NCBI RefSeq assembly: GCF_964213995.1
Contig: NC_135825.1
Span: forward strand, 12,958,001-13,022,000
Source of the DNA: Mustelus asterias
Taxonomy: Eukaryota
Direction of reading: 5' to 3'
DNA: 64,000 nucleotides
Every line of letters starts with the position of its first letter. The first letter of the stretch is position 1. A model generated the notes under the pieces. The model saw nothing but the letters and a program-made list of their open reading frames with translations. It had not been told where the DNA came from and made no database searches. Shown here piece by piece: positions 49,726-64,000 of this stretch. The position numbers and the translations under genes are program-made.

Positions 49726-52700
49726 TTTATTAAGGTTAAAGACATTTTTCATCTACTACTCTTCATAGTACAGCAATGAAAAAGGTTGTATGCAATAGAA
49801 AATTATCAAATAATATGTAGAGCAATATGTATTCTCTACTTTGAATATATCAAGTATTTCTTTAATTCGCTGAAATGAAGACTCTACATTGCTAGTTCAC
49901 CCAGCGGCCTTTTAGATTTTTCAAGCAATTGCCTTATCCTCTGAGAAATCAGGCTGATAACAGTGAGTAGCACCAGTTAAGGAACTACACTACTGCTTTT
50001 TAATTCTCTGTAAATGTAATACCCAGTTCAGATAACAGCAATGACTTTGCACTTGGACAGAGGTTATATTATAGTACAGCGACAATATGCTCCTGTTTCA
50101 ATCGTTGTCGTTATGGAAAACCACAGCGATTAAGTTCACCCATGGCAGTGTTGTTTCCCCATCCACATCTCCTTTTGTCTTCAGTGACTGTGTTTTATAT
50201 TCAACCAAAATACAGCATACACCAATATATATATATATAGATAGATACAGTCCAAACTTTTCAGGGAAGTTTTGGTCACTAAGTTCACAGTTAACTTCTA
50301 AAAACCTGCAGAACTGTTAATAGGACTCTGCACTAGTTCTGGTACTAATAGGTTTCTTGCACAAGCCACAAGGTTTGCGTAATTCATACGCATTACATGT
50401 GGTAATGAAACATAAATCTTTTGCCACAATTAAATTCACCCACATAAATGGGCTGCTACCAGCAAATTAAGTAAGAAGTCTCACAACACCAGGTTAAAGT
50501 CCAACAGGTTTATTTAGAATCACGAGCTTTCGGAGCGCTGCTCCTTCATCAGCTGAGAAGGGGCCGCGCTCCTTTTGGAATCACGAGTTTTCAGAGCGCT
50601 GCCCCTTCTCACCTGAAGAAGGAACAGCGCTCCGAAAGTTCGTGATTCCAAATAAACCTGTTGGACTTTAACCTGGTGTTGTGAGACTTCTTACTGTGCC
50701 CACCCCAGTCCAATGCCGGCAGCTCCACATCATAGCAAATTGAGTGAGTTAGCTGCCCGTTTATTATCGTATTAAATCCATTACCATTTAAATCAGAAAG
50801 GAAAAAAAACATTTCAATGTGAAGAGTGTACAATACTTCAAAGAGTAGAGATTTTGTATTGTGAAAGTTAGTTTCTAGGAATTGCCTTAACTGCATCCAT
50901 TTTTTTCCTTCTATAAAAGGAAGAACCGGGGGACAAAATCAAAATGTTTTATCAGGAGCTTATGGGAAGAAAACTTAATTTTAAAATATTCTGAACCTTT
51001 TAGTTAATAAACGGCTGCAGTGAACCACATGGTTGGAGCGTACAGCAAGATCTTTACAAACCCAGCATTGTCTTTTGTTACTGTTTTAGTAACACAAGGG
51101 TGATGACCCCCAGAAGCAGCTATATTGGATGGGTAACAAAGCAAGTATCAAGTCCTTTTTAATGTTATCAGAATGCTGTAGAATATGCAAGACCAATGGA
51201 TTTCTTTATTCAATTTTTATATCTCCTTATAGTTAATAGGTCTCCATTACGATTTGATGTACCAGTAACAGAAACACCAAAACCAATTCAGTTCCCCACC
51301 TCTGCTGGCTTTATGAGCACATCTGACTGTAATACATTAATGGTGCTTAATAGGAAAATGGTAATTCTACAGAGCCCAAACTCCAAAAAAACTGATTTCT
51401 CCCAACTCTTAATATTTTAGTCCATCTTCCATAAGTATTTAACCTGGATTTTCACTGAACTACTAACTGATAGGGAGTGTATAATTTAGCTGCTCGTAGT
51501 CAGTGTTGATGATCTTCCCAAAAACAACACGAGAATAAACTACCCTGAACACCCCGCTGCAAATATATACTCAAGTGGAAATCCTTCCTGTTCTTAACCT
51601 TGACTATAATTATTTCTAAAAATTCTTAACATTCAATTAGAGCTAGTTCGTCAAGTTCCGCACATATTCATTCTTTGGGATTCTCTACTCCAGAGGGCTG
51701 TGGAAGACCAAGATCGATAGACTCTTTGACACTAAAGGGAATTAAGGGATTTCAGGAATCAATACTGAAGTGCAGCCATGAGGTTATTGATGGAGGAACT
51801 CTCCAAGATGTGGCTTGGTGTACTCCTGTTCTTATTTTTTAGGTTCTTACTGCATGAGTGGACAAAACCCAACGGAGTCAATGTTCATCGAGTTACCATC
51901 ACACTTGCTTAGGAAGAGTTTAGGTGTCGGGAGGTCAGAAGAGGTGGACAGGGTGGGGTGTCGGTATGGATCAAAGGATTTTCCAAGTGTGCACCAGACA
52001 GTGCCAGTAAAACTAAAGCCTACACAAAATCTTCGTCACTTAAAACACTATCAAGGTGGATTCCCGTGCTACAGATTGTATCTGCTGCAGAGGATTATTC
52101 TAGCACATGTCACTTCAATGCATTGCCTCCCAAGCTGTGCTTCTGCAGAGCTCAATGGGAAAGGACTGACTTAGTTCATTTGCAAATACCCTCGGGTAAA
52201 TACTCTTTAGTTAGGGCAGGGGACACTGAAGAACAAATTGTTTATCATTTTCCTGGTTCATGCTTTAGTTCTACACCACATAATTAAGCTAAAGCTGGGG
52301 AAAAAAAGTCACAAACACAAGAAAACAATACCCTATTTCGTAAAGCATGAACAAATTTTAATACAATCTTGCCATCTTGGGATTTATGAAGAAAAGTACC
52401 GATTATCTCGAAAGAAGATTTTAACAATACTTTAGGAGTCAGCTGAAAATCCTATTAGTCCTCAAAATGAAAAACTGTGCCTGTCTGCTGGCTCAAATAT
52501 ATGAATGGAACACACTCCTTTCCCAGTTGTATAGATTAATGAAAAACAGTCTTCTAAGAATCGTGAGATTCAGACTCACACTATAGCGCATGGTGGCACA
52601 GTGGTTAGCACCGCTGCCTCTCAGCACCAGGGACCCGGGTTCAATTCCCAGCTTGGGTCACTGTCTGTGCGGAGTCTTTATGTTCTGCTGGGTTCCTTCT

Positions 52701-55133
52701 GGGTGCTCCGGTTTCCTCCCACAGTCTGAAAGACATGCTGGTTAGGTACATTGGCTGTGCTAAATTTTCACTCAGTGTACCCAAGTCTGGCGACTAGGAG
52801 ATTTTCACAGTAACTTCATTGCAGTGTTAATGCAAGCCTACTTGTGACACTAATAAATAAAACTTTATCCACAAAGCGTATCCTTTTATGAACAAGGACT
52901 GACTTTTGGGCAAGGTTTGATGGATGGTGGGTTGCAGAGAGGATATTCAATGAGAATACTGCCTTGTTGTCTCTGAGCACCATTTGTACAGTCACGATTG
53001 GGGTGGTCGGAAACCCTGGAGTTTTCCTGCCTTTCCTCTGCCACACTCTTGGCCCGGGGAACTTCCTGCACCAGATTTGCGATGCTGCCCTCCTGCTAAT
53101 GCTGTTACCATTGACAATCCCCCTTGATCTGTCTTTTGTCTGATTATCACCTAACTTTAGCCCTTGCCATTCATCACTTTCACTATTTGCTCACTCCTGC
53201 CCTCTCTACCCCATCAGTGTTCTTTCCTTTTGTTTTATTTTTCCTTCTTCTGCAGCTCTGCACGGGGGACATGGTGGCACAGTGGTTAGCACTGCTGCCT
53301 CACAGCGCCAAGGACCCAGGTTCGATTCCCGGCTTGGGTCACTGTCTGTGTGGAGTTTGCACATTCTCCCTGTGTCTGTGTGGGTTTGCTCCGGTTTCCT
53401 CCCACAGTCTGAAAGACGTGCTGGTGAGGTGCATTGACCTGAACAGGCGACAAAGGGTGGCGACTAGGGGAATTTCACAGTAACTTCATTAGAGTGTTAA
53501 CATAAGCCTTACTTGCAACTAATAAATAAACTTTAACTTCACTTGCTTAAAAAAATCTTTAACACCTCCCCATTGTAACGATGTTATCGAGACAGTAACT
53601 CTACCTACTGTGTCCGCAGATGCTGATAAGCATCTGCAGTTTTTGTGGACTTTATTTTGTTTTTATTGTGGGTTTTGGGGTGTTAAAACGTTAGCAAAAA
53701 TGCAAGTTCTAGAATTTGAGGTCCCCAAGTTTGTGAAATTAAACACGAGTTTACAAGACACAAGATACAAACTCTACAGACCCACAGAACAAGCAGCAGC
53801 TGCCCAAGCTCATTTGCACCAGCCATACTGCAAACAAATACAGTGAAACCCTTTTAATGCTAATACTCTGCCTGTTAAAAATGATTTGGACTGTGATGGG
53901 ATGCCCTTGTTAAAAAAGGATCTACCAGAATTTCCCATTTCTATATGGAGTGGTGAAACTTAAGGAGCCGGTGTACCTATCAATTTTCTCTCCTTTCCTT
54001 ATTTATTCCGGGTATCATAGCAATTTTGTGAGAAAAACAAATTATAGGCAAAGCAGGTCCACTTATCCCCTCCTATGTATGAACGTTGTTATTCACACTG
54101 CACATTTTAAGTCTCACACTATCAGCATTCATTAAATGTTAAACCTCACTGGGCAGAGGTTTAGTTACCAGCTATTCAGATGGTATTTTTGGAATTATAT
54201 AGCTGAAGCTGGTATTGATGTGGGATTTCAATGGGCTTATCAGATAGCCCCGCAGACATAGCATGTATATGCGGCATTGTGGCACAGTGGTTAGCACTGC
54301 TGCCTCACAGCACCAGGGACCCGGGTTCAATTCCGGCCACGGGTGACTGTGTGGAGTTTGCACGTTCTCAGTGTCTGCGCAGGTTTCCTCCGGGTGCTCC
54401 GGTTTCCTCCCACACTCCAAAGGTGTGCGGGCTAGGCTGATTGGCCTGCTGAATTGACCCTAGTGTCAGGAGATTATGAGGGTAAATATGTGGGGTTACA
54501 GGAATAGAACCAGGGTGGGATTATCATCAGTGCAGGCTCGATGGGCCGAATGATCTCCTTCGGCACTGTAGGGATTCTATGCATGACAGAGGGAGAAATT
54601 GGTTAGACCCGTTAAATTAATGGAAGTTGGAGCTACAGTAATTGCTCAGTTCACATCACTATGGTCAAGAGTTCCCAAGCTGAAAGCAAGGCTGGTCCTC
54701 TAAGGTTTCCTACTTTACTGCCCAGGGCAACACGCATCAGGCTTCTCAGCAACTATTCTCTCATCACTGGCAGCAAGATGATGCATTACTGGCAACACTT
54801 CTCTTGGTTTTCCCTACCCTCATGATGCAGCGCCCAAAAAACAAAATGCACTGCTTAGCAACTCGAGCAAGATCCAACAATCCTCTCCCCACCGAGGAGA
54901 TACACAAGATTGATATCCAACTGCTACAAAGGCATAATTGATTCCAAACTCTAGATTCCTGATCTAGCAATTAGCTTGGCTACCATTCCAGAACAGCATC
55001 AAACAACCCGTCTATTCTTGTGGTGATGTCTACATTCACTGTGCGTGTGCGCACACAGCAAGGAGGGAAATCTAGGAAAACTAAACACACAGATTAGTTA
55101 CAGAAAACTACAGGATGGTGAGAACACTTTATT
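49726..55133 (-). terminator. Candidate AHCYL poly(A) signals (minus-strand AATAAA at 55128-55133 and 49726-49731)
   Basis: TTTATT on + in UTR-like AT-rich unique sequence. The site actually used is unknown. Confidence 0.3.
50469..50733. mobile_element. Palindromic Penelope-like non-autonomous element with hammerhead-like motifs
   Basis: Long inverted arms GTAAGAAGTCTCACAACACCAGGTTAAAGTCCAACAGG, target duplication AGCAAATT, and CTGANGA..GAAA cores on both strands. Confidence 0.7.
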
Positions 55134-57122
55134 GGAATGATTGGGTCAAACCTTTCAGGAAAGGCAAAGCAAATTTATTCAAATGCGTTCAGAAAGGGGA
55201 CCGGATCAATGCCCAGCCTGGTGTGAGAAATTGGAAGTATTGGGTTTTTTTTTAAAACGCAGCAAGTTGTTCTTGATCTAGAACATGCTGCGCAAAATGA
55301 AAGCAGATTCGATAGTAGCTTTCAAAAGCAAATTGCTAAATACTTAACAGGACAACTTTTGAAGGGCAGTGGGGAGTGTGAGCGAGGGACGGTGGGAGTA
55401 ATTGGATAAAACTTTCCAGTGGGCTAGTACAGGTAGGATGGTCCGAGTAGCCTCTCTCCCCAGTACGATCTATGATTCTATGAAGTCTGCATCTCAAACC
55501 AAACCAAGTTAGTTTTTTGCCGGCACTGCTCCGAACTGAGGCAGCAGCAGTTTTGAAAATATTGTGTGGGAGATTTTTATTTCCCCTTCTTTCCTAGTTA
55601 GCAATCTAACTTTAGACAAACGAACATGAGGGGTGGGATTTTCCGGCTGCACTCACCCCAACACCGGAAACTCCCCCCCCCCCCCCCCCCCCCCCCCACC
55701 CCTCCCTCCCCTCCGCTACAATCCCCATGACGGGCGGGTTGGGGAAATTCCACCCAAGGTGCCAGGGACTCAGAGTTCTAATGCTTCTATAAAATGAACA
55801 AAAATCACCCAGGTGAATTCCCAGAAGACAACACAGAAGCAATGTTCGATTGAAAAATCCTTCATGTTTCTACAATGATTTTTAAATTCTTTATTAGTTT
55901 TTCTTTAAAATATATCTTTTTCCACATTAACTGGAGTTGAAGTATTTTCTGGTCCCACTGTTGTGAGTGTACAACCAACCTCAGGAGGCTCAAATGGCAT
56001 GGAACCCACAGTATTAATAGAGGTCGCCGGCAAGAATCCAGTGCTTGTTCATGGTCCACGAAAAGCATTTGCAAAAACAAGAGGCCCTTATCACAGAAAA
56101 AATACATAATCACGGAAATGTTTCGTTCGTATACAGCAAGTGTCTGTGGAAACATGAAGCCACCGAGACACAACCAGAGGTTCGTGCATATCACCACAAA
56201 CTCCATTTGGCACAATCTTATGACAAACTGTCTCTAATATGATTCTGTCAAAACCGTAACCGTCTAGGATTAGAATACTGACACCTTAAAATTACTTTCC
56301 CCTGTTAAACCAGCTTCGAAATTTCAATCGCCTGATTGATAATGATTTGTTTGCGTCCTGAAGTGTAACATCGAGTGGCGTCAACGTATTATGAAGCGCG
56401 TAAGTAAGGCCTAGCATTGCATGAAAAAGAGAGGAGAACTCAAATTCTGCACGAACAAAGCCATTCACATTTTTTTTTTTTGTTTCTGGCTACACAGTGA
56501 TATTTACAACTGTTTTAGTACTGAATCGGGTTAGTTTAAAAGTTGATACTCGTCACATATTACAGTCAGCGCTGATTCCTGAAAAGACACTGGTATCAAT
56601 AAAACTGTGTTGGCAACGACCAAATCTGGTTCGATTGCCACCAACGAAGGGCTCTTTTTTCTTTAAAAAAAAAAGACATGTAGTTAAAACAAGAAAATCC
56701 TTTGGAACATTTTGAACCGAGCTTAAAGCTCGGGCCTCGGACTAAAACAAAACAGGAAACAACAAAGCGAACAAATAAAGATCATTTCTTTTAAATTATT
56801 ACAGTACTACTTGTTTTCACGTCAATCATATACAGGCTCAAGTGATTTCACAGAGACTGTGCAGCCACAGTAATAATGTGACAGTTACATCTCCCGGCAG
56901 TAAATTAGAAAATCAAAACACTCATTTATAATTGGAGTATAGAAAAAGAATATGCAAGCAAAAGACCAGGCTGTTAAAAGGAATAAGATGCCTAGGAGTG
57001 CAGAAATGCTCTTCAAATACATTTAGCGAGCATTTAAACTGCTAGGCTGGCTTCTACTATACATTCTTCTAGAGGTTTCAGACAACTTGGTCCTTCTTTC
57101 ATTCATTTTGGTTCTGCTCCAG

Positions 57123-63645
<6,523 letters not shown>

Positions 63646-64000
63646 CTACAACGCAAATACAAACTAGAAAGTGATTCACAAGATGCATCATTGCTAATAA
63701 TACCCAGAGTGTTCATTCACAGCTGGTTACTGGGGAACATGAATCAGCTGCTCTGCAATCATTATAACAATCACTAAAATAGTCAATCTGACAACATGAC
63801 ATATGTCACAACGCATCAATCTCCAGAGTGCACTGGACACTTGCTTCTGGTAACAAAGCAGAAGAAAATTTTAATTTAAAAAGGGAAAACAAAACAAAAA
63901 ACACAAATTTCAATCAATTTGTAGTTTATTTTTTTTTAAATCATTTGCTATCGGTGCTTCTCAAACACTCACTGAAACAGAGTGCCAGAACCCTGATTCT

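Overview
Vertebrate, repeat-rich genomic DNA. Dense HE1-type V-SINEs and HER1/CR1 LINEs point to a cartilaginous fish (shark); this is an inference from repeat families. There are assembly gaps at 10210-10939 and 11256-11683. Two convergent protein-coding genes can be rebuilt by hand from splice sites and reading phases. (1) On +, a complete 10-exon CD300/pIgR-family type I receptor gene (8084-43753). It encodes a leader, three 327-nt Ig V exons, a stalk, an uncharged TM segment and a tail with ITIM-ITSM-like-ITIM motifs. The product is 512 aa with all three Ig exons, or 403 aa if only one of the two duplicated N-terminal V exons is used. (2) On -, the last six coding exons of an AHCYL1/IRBIT-type gene (57123-63581). 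The most striking structure is inside gene 1. Its N-terminal V exon is duplicated in a ~4.6-kb tandem unit, and the two copies differ by 30 non-synonymous versus 2 synonymous substitutions (hand count). Both copies keep the predicted end of the signal peptide. A single 226-bp inverted intron copy at 21626-21851 is complementary to the sequence starting 53 nt after each copy's donor site. This resembles a docking-site/selector architecture that could drive Dscam-like alternative choice of ligand-binding domains. Also present: a relic Ig exon, a stop codon donated by a LINE tail, a 3-kb 30-bp minisatellite, Gypsy remnants, solo LTRs, and palindromic Penelope-like elements with hammerhead-ribozyme motifs. 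Most ORFs in the supplied track are repeat artefacts.
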